64,000 nucleotides of DNA, taken from assembly GCA_964423425.1 (NCBI GenBank), contig CAYRES010000002.1, positions 76,095 to 140,094 on the forward strand. The letters are read 5' to 3'. The notes beneath the pieces are model-generated. The model searched no databases, was not told the origin of the DNA, and saw only the letters and a list, made by a program, of their open reading frames with translations. Shown here one piece after another: positions 39,177 through 48,844 of this stretch. A program made the position numbers and the translations under genes. The stretch is from an uncultured Gaiellales bacterium. GTDB taxonomy: Bacteria; Actinomycetota; Thermoleophilia; RBG-16-64-13. Every line of letters starts with the position of its first letter. The stretch's first letter is position 1.

Positions 39177-39435
39177 GCTCCACTCGACACCGCGAACCGG
39201 GGCTGTGGCACCGGGGTTGCCGTGACGTCTTGGTGTGGGGCCGCCACACGCGTGGCGCTCACGGTGGTGTTCACGGTGGCGTCTACGGGGTCTTGTTCGA
39301 GGAGGGGGTGCCCCCACACTCACTGGGGCGCCCGCGACGTACGCCGCCTGCGACGCAGGCGCTGCTAGCACATCAGGAGTGGGAGGTGCCGTGGAGAGCG
39401 CAAGAGACTACGAAAAACGGGGGCTCAAGGTATCC

Positions 39436-40344
39436 ATGGCGGGGAGCATCGCGCTCTCCGTGAGCGCCGTCATCATGGCTCTCCTGGCAAAGTCACAGGC
39501 CATCATGCTCGACGGCGTCTATACCATCGTCACCTTGATCATGGCCTTCATTTCTCTCAAGGTGATAGACCTGGTCAAGTCACCCGAGACGAGCACCCGC
39601 CCCTTCGGTTACATGGCCTTCGAGCCGTTCCTCAATATCATCAAGAGCCTCATCATGCTCACTCTTCTGGTGGTGTTTCTTGTCACCAATATCCAGGAGC
39701 TCACCACCGGTGGGAGGATCATCGCCCTGGACCTCACCATAATCTACATCTTCATCTGTATCGTGATCTACGCTGTGGAGATCTACTTCCTCATGACATG
39801 TAAGAAGAGGACCAGTTCGGAGATCCTTGCCCTGGAGGTCAAGAACTGGTCCGTCGACGGCCTGCTCACGCTGGGCATCGCGGTGTCCTTGATCATCGCG
39901 GTCGTGCTCGTTCGCATGGGGCACGACCAGATACTTCCCTACATCGACCCGGTCATGGTCGTGGTGCTCGTCATCCTCTCCCTGCCCGTGCCCATCAAGG
40001 TGCTCGTCGTGGAGTTCAGGCGCCTGTTGCTGGTCTCCCCAGAGAACAGATGCGAAGACGAGGTCAAGAGCCGCATCCGCCCCGTCATCGAGAAGTACGG
40101 GCTGACCGATGTGCGTGTGTGGGGGCTGAAGAGTGGAAGGACCCAGTATCTGTTCATCTACACGGGTCTCGAAGCGGATGAGACCCGCATCACGCTACTC
40201 GACGAGATAAGAGCGGCCATCTTCGCGGAACTCACCGGATTCTACGAGAAGTTCTGGGCCGACATCATCTTCACCCAGATCGACCCCGACAGACCGTTTC
40301 CCCTCGCGGAGGGTGCGGATGGGCCGGAGGCGGCACACGGGTAA
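39436..40344 (+). CDS. cation diffusion facilitator (CDF) family transporter-like protein
   Basis: About six TM helices followed by a cytoplasmic C-terminal domain. Lower GC than surrounding genes. Confidence 0.5.
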   Translation: MAGSIALSVSAVIMALLAKSQAIMLDGVYTIVTLIMAFISLKVIDLVKSPETSTRPFGYMAFEPFLNIIKSLIMLTLLVVFLVTNIQELTTGGRIIALDLTIIYIFICIVIYAVEIYFLMTCKKRTSSEILALEVKNWSVDGLLTLGIAVSLIIAVVLVRMGHDQILPYIDPVMVVVLVILSLPVPIKVLVVEFRRLLLVSPENRCEDEVKSRIRPVIEKYGLTDVRVWGLKSGRTQYLFIYTGLEADETRITLLDEIRAAIFAELTGFYEKFWADIIFTQIDPDRPFPLAEGADGPEAAHG

Positions 40345-40479
40345 CGGGTGGGGCGGTGCGCATCGTGGCCCGGGACGCTTGCCACTCCGGCCGCGTCGGA
40401 GTAACGTCAGGGCCGTCACCGGGTTCTTTGATCGGCACTCTGCATCGGATCTACCGGGACCCATGGGGAGGAGCTTCGC

Positions 40480-40929
40480 ATGAGCCAGGAGAAGGAAACC
40501 TCGAAGCCCGGGGGATTCTCGGCCCAAGAACGAGCCGCCATGAAGGAGCGTGCCCAAGAGGTGAACGCGGAGGCGCGCCGGAGCGCCCGTTCCAAGAAGG
40601 ACGGCGAGAGCGACGTGCTCGCGAAGATCGCCGAGATGCCCGAGCCGGATCGACAGATGGCCTTGAGTCTCCACGAGATCGTCAGGGCCAACGCGCCCGC
40701 CCTGTCACCGAAGACATGGTACGGGATGCCCGCATATGCACTCGGTGGCAAGGTGGTCTGCTTCTTCCAGGGCGCGGGCAAGTTCGGCTCGAGGTACGCC
40801 ACGTTGGGATTCAATGACGTTGCGAAACTGGATGAAGGCGACATGTGGCCGACCGCTTTTGCGATCAAGGAGCTGACACACGCCGTAGAGAAGAGGATTG
40901 CCACGCTCATAAGGAGAGCGGTGGGCTGA
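40480..40929 (+). CDS. DUF1801 (YdhG-like) domain protein
   Basis: Conserved DUF1801 core ([18 protein letters not shown]). ATG preceded by GGGGAGGAG. Confidence 0.55.
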   Translation: MSQEKETSKPGGFSAQERAAMKERAQEVNAEARRSARSKKDGESDVLAKIAEMPEPDRQMALSLHEIVRANAPALSPKTWYGMPAYALGGKVVCFFQGAGKFGSRYATLGFNDVAKLDEGDMWPTAFAIKELTHAVEKRIATLIRRAVG

Positions 40930-41042
40930 GGGCCGAGGTGAGGGTCGAGATGCGGGCCGGGCCACGCACTTCTCTCGGCCCGCCTTGGCGTCCGACTGAA
41001 CCGCGCCTGATTCGCGTGGCTCGCGGTTCACGCCACACACAC

Positions 41043-41447
41043 TCAGCCCCGGTTTCGCTTCATCGTCTGCGACCTGATCCACGCGGCGAGTGCCTCCTCT
41101 TCGAACTCTCCGGAGGCCAGCGCCACCATCGTTGTTACCACGTCGGCCTCGCTCGCGGTGAATTCGAGTCCATTCAGTCCCAGGAACACCGCCATCACGA
41201 CGAACGCGACACGTTTGTTTCCGTCGTGGTAGGGGTGGTTGCGTGCCAGGCCGTATCCGTACGCCGCTGCCGGTGCGGCGAGATCCGCGTCAACTTCGTA
41301 GGCCAAGCGCTGCCGGGGCCGAACGAGCGCCGACTCGAGTGCATTCTCATCACGCAATCCCGGCATGCCGCCATGAATGAGCAGCATTTCGGCCTGCACG
41401 GCATCGATAACGAGACGCGACACCCACCGGATCTCTCGCTGGGTCAT
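41043..41447 (-). CDS. doc: Doc (death-on-curing) Fic-family toxin
   Basis: HPYHDGNKRVAF is the Fic/Doc motif HxFx(D/N)GNKR. Confidence 0.75.
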   Translation of the reverse strand: MTQREIRWVSRLVIDAVQAEMLLIHGGMPGLRDENALESALVRPRQRLAYEVDADLAAPAAAYGYGLARNHPYHDGNKRVAFVVMAVFLGLNGLEFTASEADVVTTMVALASGEFEEEALAAWIRSQTMKRNRG

Positions 41448-41453
41448 CGCGGA

Positions 41454-41681
41454 CTACTTCGCCAACTCGCGCAATGCGTTGCGGTAGGTGCGCCCCACCT
41501 CGGCGGCGATCGAGAGCGCCTCTTCGGTCTCAGGATCGTAGGGGGTGAGCAGAATCCCGCGGTCCGTCTCTACTACAATCACGGTGTCGCCGGCGACGAG
41601 CTTCAACCTGTCGGCCATGGCTTTGGGTAGCGTGGCGGCTATCGAGCCTCCCGCCTTGCGTAACTTGACTGACTGGGCCAT
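41454..41681 (-). CDS. AbrB/MazE/SpoVT-fold antitoxin partner of Doc
   Basis: 75 aa. The swapped-hairpin-like N-terminus (KLRKAGGSIAATLPKAMADRLKLVAGDTV) lies immediately upstream of doc with a 6-nt gap. Confidence 0.65.
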   Translation of the reverse strand: MAQSVKLRKAGGSIAATLPKAMADRLKLVAGDTVIVVETDRGILLTPYDPETEEALSIAAEVGRTYRNALRELAK

Positions 41682-42196
41682 CTCGATGCCTCCTAAGCGA
41701 AGGGTTACGGTGAGTGTAGCATAATCATGCTACTTGATGCTGTGATGCCGGGGGAGTGTGATGATGCACGCCTGAAGCAGTGCACGTACTCCATCTGCCG
41801 CGTTGAAGGCGGAGGGCGTGACGTGTCGAGGTGGTGGTATGCTCCACGCGGCTCGACGCACGGGGCACAGACTATGACGGAATCGACTCCATACGGCATC
41901 GACCTCTTGTGGATCCCTCTCGGCGCGGGAGGCTGGTTCGTGCGTATGAACGGCTGCGTGTGGGAGGCCGTCCAGGCGCTGCATGCACACCGATACCGGT
42001 GGGTGGGACGCCTGCCCGCACGTGAATCGCGTGCTGCGTGCCGAGCACCGGAATGCCGCAACCCACTAGGTGGGCGCCGGTGCGGGTGGCCGCGGTGAGG
42101 TGGCGCACGCGCGTCCGGTGATGACCTGCGCTGTGCCTGGTGGCCGGGTGCTAACCTGGCTCTCGGCTTTGTAGTCGAGGTCACCGACTGGGAGAG

Positions 42197-43489
42197 GTGG
42201 TCCTGCTGAAGCGCCTTCATCGTCTGGGTGGTGTGCGTCTGGGTGGCCTGCGCCACCTGCGCCGACCGGGCGGCCTGCGCGGCCGCTACCCCGCGCAGTT
42301 CTGGATGCTGTTCAGCGGCAACTTCGTGAGCACCATCGGTCTCAGCATGATCTGGCCCTTCATGATGATCTACGCGAGCCGGCGCCTGCAGTTGCCGTTG
42401 ACCGCCGTGGCCAGCCTGCTCACCATCAACTCCGCCTTCCTGCTCGCGGGCACGTTTCTCGCCGGCTCGCTGGCCGACCGGGTGGGGAGGAGGGGCATCA
42501 TGATCGTGGGTATGGCCCTCCACGGTACCGCCTACCTCCTCTTCAGCTTCGCCGATTCGGTGTGGATGTTCGCCCTACTCATGGCGCTCGGCGGCTTCGT
42601 GACCCCCGTCTACCGCGTGGGTGTGGACGCCATGGTGGCCGACCTCATTCCCGAGGAGAGGCGGGTGAGCGCCTTCGCCGTGCTGCGCATGGGTAACAAC
42701 GCGGGCGTGGCCATCGGCCCGAGCATCGGGGGTTTCCTGGCCACCCAGTCCTACAGCATCATCTTCTACTGCGCCGCCGCCGGTCTGCTCGCCTACAGCC
42801 TCTTCACCTTCCTCTTCGTCAAGGAGACCATTCCCCGCACTCCGGAGCTCGGCCCGGTTGCGCGTGAGCGGTTCGGCGGCTATCTGCGCGTGGCGCGCGA
42901 CCGTGTGTTCGTGGCCGTGTGCGGCGGCTTCATCATCGTCACCATCGGGGCCTCACTCATGTTCGTGCTCCTGGCCGTCTACGCCAAGACCCAGTTCGGC
43001 CTCCCCGAGAGCCGGTTCGGCTTCATCATGGCCACCAATGCGGCCATGGTGGTTGTCTTCCAGGTCATGGTGACGGCGGTGTCGCGGCGCTTCCGGCCCT
43101 ACAGAGTGATGGCGCTCGGGACTCTGCTCTACGTCGTAGGGGTGGGGAGCGTGGCCCTGGGGAGCAGCTTCCTGACCTTCTTGGCCAGCATGGTGGTACT
43201 CACGGTGGGGGAGTTGCTGCTCGTGCCCACCACCTCCGCACTCGTGGCCAACCTCGCCCCGCCGGACATGCGCGGCCGCTACATGAGCATCTACGGCCTG
43301 TCGTGGGGGATAGCGGCGGGCATCGGGCCGGTGTTCGGAGGAATCTTGAACGACGCTATCGCCCCTCGGGCCATCTGGGTGGGAGGTGCGTTGGTGTGCC
43401 TGGCCGGCTTTGTCGTGTTCGCCGCTCTGGCTCTCCGCGAGGGCAAGGGGACGGAGGGCGCCGAGCCGAGCCTGGAGAAGAGGGTGTGA
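42197..43489 (+). CDS. MFS transporter
   Basis: 12 predicted TM helices. The motif GRIADRVGRR is mirrored in LADRVGRRGIM. Confidence 0.8.
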   Translation: MVLLKRLHRLGGVRLGGLRHLRRPGGLRGRYPAQFWMLFSGNFVSTIGLSMIWPFMMIYASRRLQLPLTAVASLLTINSAFLLAGTFLAGSLADRVGRRGIMIVGMALHGTAYLLFSFADSVWMFALLMALGGFVTPVYRVGVDAMVADLIPEERRVSAFAVLRMGNNAGVAIGPSIGGFLATQSYSIIFYCAAAGLLAYSLFTFLFVKETIPRTPELGPVARERFGGYLRVARDRVFVAVCGGFIIVTIGASLMFVLLAVYAKTQFGLPESRFGFIMATNAAMVVVFQVMVTAVSRRFRPYRVMALGTLLYVVGVGSVALGSSFLTFLASMVVLTVGELLLVPTTSALVANLAPPDMRGRYMSIYGLSWGIAAGIGPVFGGILNDAIAPRAIWVGGALVCLAGFVVFAALALREGKGTEGAEPSLEKRV

Positions 43490-43516
43490 GGCGTGACGAT
43501 GTGAGAGGCGTATGTC

Positions 43517-44134
43517 GTGATTCGTGACGAGAAGATCATCCAAGAGATCAATACCCTATGGCTTCCCGTCTACCCGTACATGGTGGAGTACCTGCTGGAG
43601 GTCTCCGCTGTGAGGGGCGGGAGGTTCCTCGATCTGGGGCCGTTCGCAGGCGGCTTGGCCGTCGGTGTCCTACGTTCGCGCCAAGACCTGGCAGCCACCG
43701 TGATAGACGAGTCGGACGTGGTACTCGAGTGGGCGCGAGAGCAGGCGGTCGGGGCCGGAACCGTGTCGCGGCTCACCACGCTTCGGGCGGCCCTCGAGCC
43801 CCTCCCCGCCAAGGACGGTGCTTTCGACCTGGTGGCGGTGAGAGGTGCCTTCTTCTTTCTCACCCCGGCTCTCTTGCGGGAGGTGGCGCGGGTGCTCAAG
43901 CCCGGCGGGTTCGGCTGGGTGGGGGGAGGCTACGGCCCTGAGACGCCGCAGAGAGTCATCGCGCCCATAGCTGCACGTTCCAAGGTGCTGAACGAGGCCG
44001 TAGGAAAGCGGCACCTCAGCCCCGGGGAGGCAGAGAGGCTGGTGAGGGAGTCCGGTCTCGAGCGCTCGGCACGGGTGACGACCGAGGGAGGCCTATGGAT
44101 CGAGGTGCGTGTGCCCAGGGAGGGAGCGGCCTGA
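43517..44134 (+). CDS. class I SAM-dependent methyltransferase-like protein
   Basis: FLDLGPFAGGLAV glycine-rich motif plus acidic residue at end of beta-2 (VIDESD) and LKPGGF motif. Confidence 0.6.
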   Translation: MIRDEKIIQEINTLWLPVYPYMVEYLLEVSAVRGGRFLDLGPFAGGLAVGVLRSRQDLAATVIDESDVVLEWAREQAVGAGTVSRLTTLRAALEPLPAKDGAFDLVAVRGAFFFLTPALLREVARVLKPGGFGWVGGGYGPETPQRVIAPIAARSKVLNEAVGKRHLSPGEAERLVRESGLERSARVTTEGGLWIEVRVPREGAA

Positions 44135-44159
44135 GGCGCGTACCCGCCGGCCTTGCGCG

Positions 44160-45344
44160 CTAGACCTCCCACACGTCTTCGTCGCCCGTGCTGAGCGCCG
44201 CCAAGCCGTCAGGCGTGACCACGAAGGTGTCCTCGATGCCCACGGCGCCCTCTCCCGGGAGGCGGATCTTGGGCTCCACCGCGACCACATTGCCGGCGAC
44301 GAGCGGTGCCTCGAAGCCTCGCCCGAGTATGGGGAGCTCATTCACTTCCAGCCCGATGCCGTGCCCCACGAAGCTCACCTGCAGGGGAGACGTGCCCATG
44401 AAGGTGTTCTCATAGCCGGCCTCCGCGGCCCGCCGCACGGCCAGGTCGTAGACCTCGGTGCAGGGTACACCGGGACGCGCAGCAGCGGCTGTCTCGTGGT
44501 GGATGCTCCGGCAGGTCTCGTAGGCGGAGCGGAGGGCGCCGGGCAGCGGCCCGATACAGAGGGTGCGGGTCTGGTCGACGATGTAGCCCTCCACTGAGGC
44601 GCCCAGGTCTATGACGACTGCCTCTCCCCGGCCGATGGGGCGGTCACTTGCTCCCTGGGGATATGCGGCCGTGCGGCCTTCGCCTCCGAAGGGAGAGTCG
44701 GCACCGGTGGCGGCACCGGCGTCGGGGCCGGAAAGGACGTGCACGAGAGGCATCTCCTGATTCAGGCCGCGCATGCGGAGGAGGCCGGAATGGCCCTCGC
44801 GCCAGAGGGTGGAGGCGACGACGGAGGCCAGCTCCCCTTCGGTCATGCCGGGGGTGAGGGCGGAGGCGGCGGCCGCGAACGCGGCCGCCGCCTGCCCACC
44901 CGCCTCCCGCAGCCTCTCGAGCTCCCAGGGGCTCTTCACGGCGCGCAGTTGGCGCAGAACCCCGCCGCAGTCCACCAGCTCGGCCTGAGGGAACAGCTTC
45001 TCGTAACGGCGGAAACTGAGCACGGGGAGTATGTCGAGCTCCAAGCCGAGCCTCGCCTCCGCAGAGACGCCGAGGCGCGCCAAGGAGTCCGGCAAGGTGC
45101 GGAAGCTCGTGAAGCTCTCCACCCGCTCCAGCGGCGATTCTGCCCGCGCACGGACGGGGTCGCGGCGAACCAGCAGCAAGGGCTCACCGACCGCCGGCAC
45201 GAGGAGGTGGCTCTGCTGTGCCGTACCGGTGAGGTAGAAGAGGTCCGCCGACTGCACGATGATGGCGCAGTCGATGTGGCGCTCTACAAGCGCAGCCTGC
45301 GTCCCGGCGATTCGGGTTTCGATTTCGCTCACTGGAACTGACAC
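44160..45344 (-). CDS. M24-family metallopeptidase (Xaa-Pro aminopeptidase/prolidase-like)
   Basis: Creatinase N-domain plus the pita-bread C-domain with metal ligands (VVIDLGASVEGYIVDQTRT, HGIGLEVNE, VVAVEP). GTG start inferred. Confidence 0.7.
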   Translation of the reverse strand: MSVPVSEIETRIAGTQAALVERHIDCAIIVQSADLFYLTGTAQQSHLLVPAVGEPLLLVRRDPVRARAESPLERVESFTSFRTLPDSLARLGVSAEARLGLELDILPVLSFRRYEKLFPQAELVDCGGVLRQLRAVKSPWELERLREAGGQAAAAFAAAASALTPGMTEGELASVVASTLWREGHSGLLRMRGLNQEMPLVHVLSGPDAGAATGADSPFGGEGRTAAYPQGASDRPIGRGEAVVIDLGASVEGYIVDQTRTLCIGPLPGALRSAYETCRSIHHETAAAARPGVPCTEVYDLAVRRAAEAGYENTFMGTSPLQVSFVGHGIGLEVNELPILGRGFEAPLVAGNVVAVEPKIRLPGEGAVGIEDTFVVTPDGLAALSTGDEDVWEV

Positions 45345-45534
45345 TCTGCCTCTACGGTAGCATGCGGAGCCTTCGTGCAACGAATCGGCGGTGCAGGCCA
45401 TCACACTTGGTGCGGGAAGCGACTCTTCGAACCGGTGGCCGCAGCAGAGGCTACACATAGGTAGAGTTTTGGCTTGCCTCTGAGGTTGGCCGCGCTATAG
45501 TGGAGGTAGACCGGGGATCGAGGGACGATCCGCG

Positions 45535-45554
45535 CTCCTTTCTGGAGAAAGGAG
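45535..45554 (+). promoter_or_regulatory. perfect hairpin (CTCCTTTCT-GG-AGAAAGGAG) sequestering the SD of the downstream lipoprotein gene
   Basis: 9-bp perfect inverted repeat. Its 3' arm contains the AAAGGAGG SD 7 nt upstream of the ATG at 45562. Confidence 0.35.
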
Positions 45555-45561
45555 GCCCGTC

Positions 45562-46572
45562 ATGCGTGGCACGATGAAGCTATTCCTCCCTGTGGGTGTC
45601 TTCGCACTCTTGGCTGTGGGGCTTCTCGTTCCCACCGGCTGTGGAGGCTCGACCACCACCACTCAAGCTCTCACCACCACGACCACCTGGCCCTCCCACA
45701 CTGTCATCATCGACGAGACCGCCGACGGCACTGCTGTGCGCCTCACCGAGGGTTACTTTCTGGTGGTGCGTCTGCGTGGCAACCCAAGCACCGGCTACCT
45801 CTGGCAGGCTCAACCTCTCGACATCCTCATCCTCAGCCAACAGGGCGACCTCACCTTCACCGCCGACTCCGATCTTTCCGGCGCGGGCGGTGAATACCTC
45901 GCCGTCTATCGTGCCGAGCGGGCGGGCAGCACCCTCCTCGCCCTCGACTACGTGGGACCGGATCGGCGCGTGGACCACACCTTCGATGTGGAGGTCATGG
46001 TGGACCCGGCAGGTGAGGCCACCGCGGCCGACGCGACCACCGATGCCGCCGAAGCGAGCGGTGGTGAGGCCGACACCGGCGGCGCACGCACAAGCGATGG
46101 CTCTGCGGAGGACGACTCGGGCAGCGCCGACTCCAGCGAGGGCGACTCCAGCGAGGGCGGCTCCGGCCCTGCGGACTCGGGGAGTTCCGGTCGCAGTCCG
46201 GGAACCCTCGACAGGACGCGCGATACCATTGGGCCCGCGATGGAGCCGAGGATGACGCGTCCGCCCACAGACTGGGAGTGGGGCTCATCCGACGCCGGAG
46301 CGTTCAAGGATGTCCGGGTGGGGGATCGCATCAGGATAGTCCTGGATATCCCGTCCAGCCTGGAGCTGGTGAACGTGCAGTGGGAGAATACCGACAGCAC
46401 GGTCTTGAGCAGCGCCGGTCCGCCTACCGTCCATAGAAGTACCTACGTGGACAGGACTTCGAAGAGCTTCGAGGTGGCAAGAGCGGGTGAGGGCGGCGTG
46501 ATCGTGCGCGGGGTCAAGGCCGACGGACGCGTACGGGTCATCTGGTGGATCAACGTGAGGGCGACGGACTAG
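45562..46572 (+). CDS. secreted lipoprotein with chagasin-like peptidase inhibitor I42 domain
   Basis: Lipobox LLVPTGC. RLRGNPSTGYLWQ matches the chagasin NPTTGY.W signature. D/S/G/E-rich acidic linker. Confidence 0.6.
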   Translation: MRGTMKLFLPVGVFALLAVGLLVPTGCGGSTTTTQALTTTTTWPSHTVIIDETADGTAVRLTEGYFLVVRLRGNPSTGYLWQAQPLDILILSQQGDLTFTADSDLSGAGGEYLAVYRAERAGSTLLALDYVGPDRRVDHTFDVEVMVDPAGEATAADATTDAAEASGGEADTGGARTSDGSAEDDSGSADSSEGDSSEGGSGPADSGSSGRSPGTLDRTRDTIGPAMEPRMTRPPTDWEWGSSDAGAFKDVRVGDRIRIVLDIPSSLELVNVQWENTDSTVLSSAGPPTVHRSTYVDRTSKSFEVARAGEGGVIVRGVKADGRVRVIWWINVRATD

Positions 46573-47524
46573 GCCGGGCGTGCCTCATACCACGCCAGAG
46601 TCCGGTCCAGGCCTTCGCGGAACGTCACCGCCGTTTCGTAGCCGAGGACGCGGCGTGCCCTCTCGATGTCGGCGCGGGAGTGAAGGATGTCGCCCGGACG
46701 GGCCGCCGCGAACTCCACGGGCAGCTCGCGCCCTACCAGATCGCCGAGCGTCGCGACCAGCTCGAGCAGAGTTATCTGATCCCCGCAGGCCACGTTCATC
46801 ACCCTACCGGCGGCCTGAGCGGCCGGGGCGGTGAGGGCGGCCAGGTTGGCCTGCACCACGTTGGTCACATAGGTGAAGTCGCGGGTATGGGCGCCGTCGC
46901 CGAAGATCGTGCACGGTTGCCCGGCGAGGGCCGCCATGCAGAAGCGGGCGATGACTCCCGAGTACTGGGAGGTCGGATCCTGCCGCGGCCCGAAGACGTT
47001 GAAGTAGCGGAGTGCCACGGTCTCCAAGCCGTACGTGTCGTAGAAGACCCGCAGGTAGTGCTCCCCCGCCAGCTTGGACACGGCGTAGGGTGACTTGGGT
47101 TGAGGAGTCATGTCCTCGTGCTTGGGCAGCGTAGGGCTGTCGCCGTATACGGAGGAGGACGACGCGTACACCACTCGCTCCACGCGTGCCCGCCGGGCGG
47201 CGTCGAGCACGGCCACGGTTCCCCCCACATTGGTGCGGTCACTCAACAGCGGGTCTTTGATCGAGCGGGGCACGGAGGGCAGGGCGGCTTGATGAAGGAC
47301 GAAGGTTACTCCGGCCACGGCCCGCTCGACGGCGGCGGGATCGCACACGTCGCCCTCGAGAAGCTCGATCTCGTCGAGGACGGGGGCCAGATTCTCGCGG
47401 TGGCCGGTGGAGAAGTTGTCGAGTACCCGCACGCGATATCCGGCGGAGAGTAGGCCCCCCACCAGGTGCGAGCCGATGAAGCCCGCACCTCCCGTGACCA
47501 AGACGAGTTCGCTCATGCCCGCAC
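46569..47524 (-). CDS. NAD-dependent UDP-sugar 4-epimerase (WbpP/GalE-like)
   Basis: MSELVLVTGGAGFIGSH...YAVSK. Overlaps the stop of the upstream dehydrogenase gene. Confidence 0.8.
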
Positions 47525-48823
47525 CACCTCCGGCCCCCATCCGGGCAGCACCACATGGCGTGTATCGACCACCAAGGCCGTATCGCGGTAGAGAGCGGGG
47601 TCGGCGAATTCCCGATGAGCCGTGGCGAGCAGCACGGCATCGTGGCGGGCGAACTCCTCGGCCGTGAGGGGTACCGACTGCAGACCGATATCGTGCTTGC
47701 GACCGGCCCGCGCCTCTGGGAAGTAGGGGTCGCAGTAGCTCACCTCGGCCCCCCGTTCGCGCAACAGCTCGATGATCTCGTAACTGGGGCTCTCCCGGTC
47801 GTCGTCGATGTCGGCTTTGTAGGAGAGGCCCAGTACCAGCACGCGTGCGCCCTTGATGCTCTTGCCGGCGGCGTTCAATGCCTCCACCGTCTTGTGAACC
47901 ACCCACTCCGGCATGCGGGTGTTGACTTCGCCGGCCAGGTTGATGAAGCGGGTCCACATGCCGTATTCGCTGGCCTTCCAGGAGAGGTAGAAGGGGTCGA
48001 GGGGAATGCAGTGGCCGCCGAGGCCCGGACCCGGGTAGAAGGCTTGGAAGCCGAACGGCTTGGTCTTGGCGGCCTCGATGACCTCCCACACGTCGATGCC
48101 CATGCGGTCGAAGGTCATCTTGAGTTCGTTGACGAGCGCGATGTTCACCGAGCGATAGATGTTCTCGAGGAGCTTGCCCGCCTCCGCCACCCGGGAGTGC
48201 GATACGGGCACCACCGTGTCGAGCGCCTGTGCGTAGAGGGCGGCGGCGGCGGTGGTGGACTCCTGGTTGACCCCTCCCACTACTTTGGGGATGGTGCGGG
48301 TGTCGAAGTCGGGATTACCCGGGTCCTCCCGCTCGGGGGAGAAGGCGAGCAGGAAGTCGCGCGGCGTCTCCAGGCCGGTGGCCTCCAGCAGGGGCATGAT
48401 CTCCTCGTCGGTGGTGCCGGGATAGGTGGTTGACTCGAGCACCACGAGCTGCCCGGGCCGCAGCGTGCGGGCGACCTCGCGGGCGGTGTCGCGCACGAAG
48501 GAGAGGTCGGGTTCCCGGTGTGCGCCAAGCGGTGTAGGTACGCAGATGAGGACGGCGTCGCACTCGGCGAGGCGGGAGAAATCGGTGGTGGCCGAGAAGC
48601 GCCCGCTCGCGGTACAGGCGGCCACGCGCTCCGGTCCGATGTGCCTGATGTACGATTCGCCCCGGCCCAATTGCTCGACCTTGGCCGGGTCTATGTCGAA
48701 GCCGAGTGCAGTGAAGCCGGCTTCGCAGAACACGAGCGCCAGGGGCAGCCCTACGTACCCCATGCCGATCACGCCGACGGTGGCGGCTCGGGCCCCGAAG
48801 CGGGCGGTGAGTTCGTCGATCAC
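47513..48823 (-). CDS. UDP-N-acetyl-D-glucosamine (or -mannosamine) 6-dehydrogenase (WbpA/WecC-like)
   Basis: VGVIGMGYVGLPLA N-terminal Rossmann, the catalytic Cys in GGHCIPLDP, and the UDP-binding C-terminal domain. SD GAGAGGAGG before a GTG start. Confidence 0.85.
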   Translation of the reverse strand: MIDELTARFGARAATVGVIGMGYVGLPLALVFCEAGFTALGFDIDPAKVEQLGRGESYIRHIGPERVAACTASGRFSATTDFSRLAECDAVLICVPTPLGAHREPDLSFVRDTAREVARTLRPGQLVVLESTTYPGTTDEEIMPLLEATGLETPRDFLLAFSPEREDPGNPDFDTRTIPKVVGGVNQESTTAAAALYAQALDTVVPVSHSRVAEAGKLLENIYRSVNIALVNELKMTFDRMGIDVWEVIEAAKTKPFGFQAFYPGPGLGGHCIPLDPFYLSWKASEYGMWTRFINLAGEVNTRMPEWVVHKTVEALNAAGKSIKGARVLVLGLSYKADIDDDRESPSYEIIELLRERGAEVSYCDPYFPEARAGRKHDIGLQSVPLTAEEFARHDAVLLATAHREFADPALYRDTALVVDTRHVVLPGWGPEVVRA

Positions 48824-48844
48824 GCGAAGAACCTCCTCTCGGCG

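Noticed and set aside
41727-42098. 123-aa ORF in the 516-bp spacer between the Doc module and the MFS gene
   Set aside because: The N-terminal part (MTESTPYGIDLLWIPLGAGG...) looks protein-like but the frame soon becomes Arg/Cys-rich and nonsensical. Possibly a decayed gene, but I cannot support a call.
46569-48089. 506-aa minus-strand ORF spanning the epimerase and part of the dehydrogenase gene
   Set aside because: Only the 3' 318 codons (46569-47524) form the epimerase. The upstream part is an out-of-frame read-through across the dehydrogenase C-terminus.
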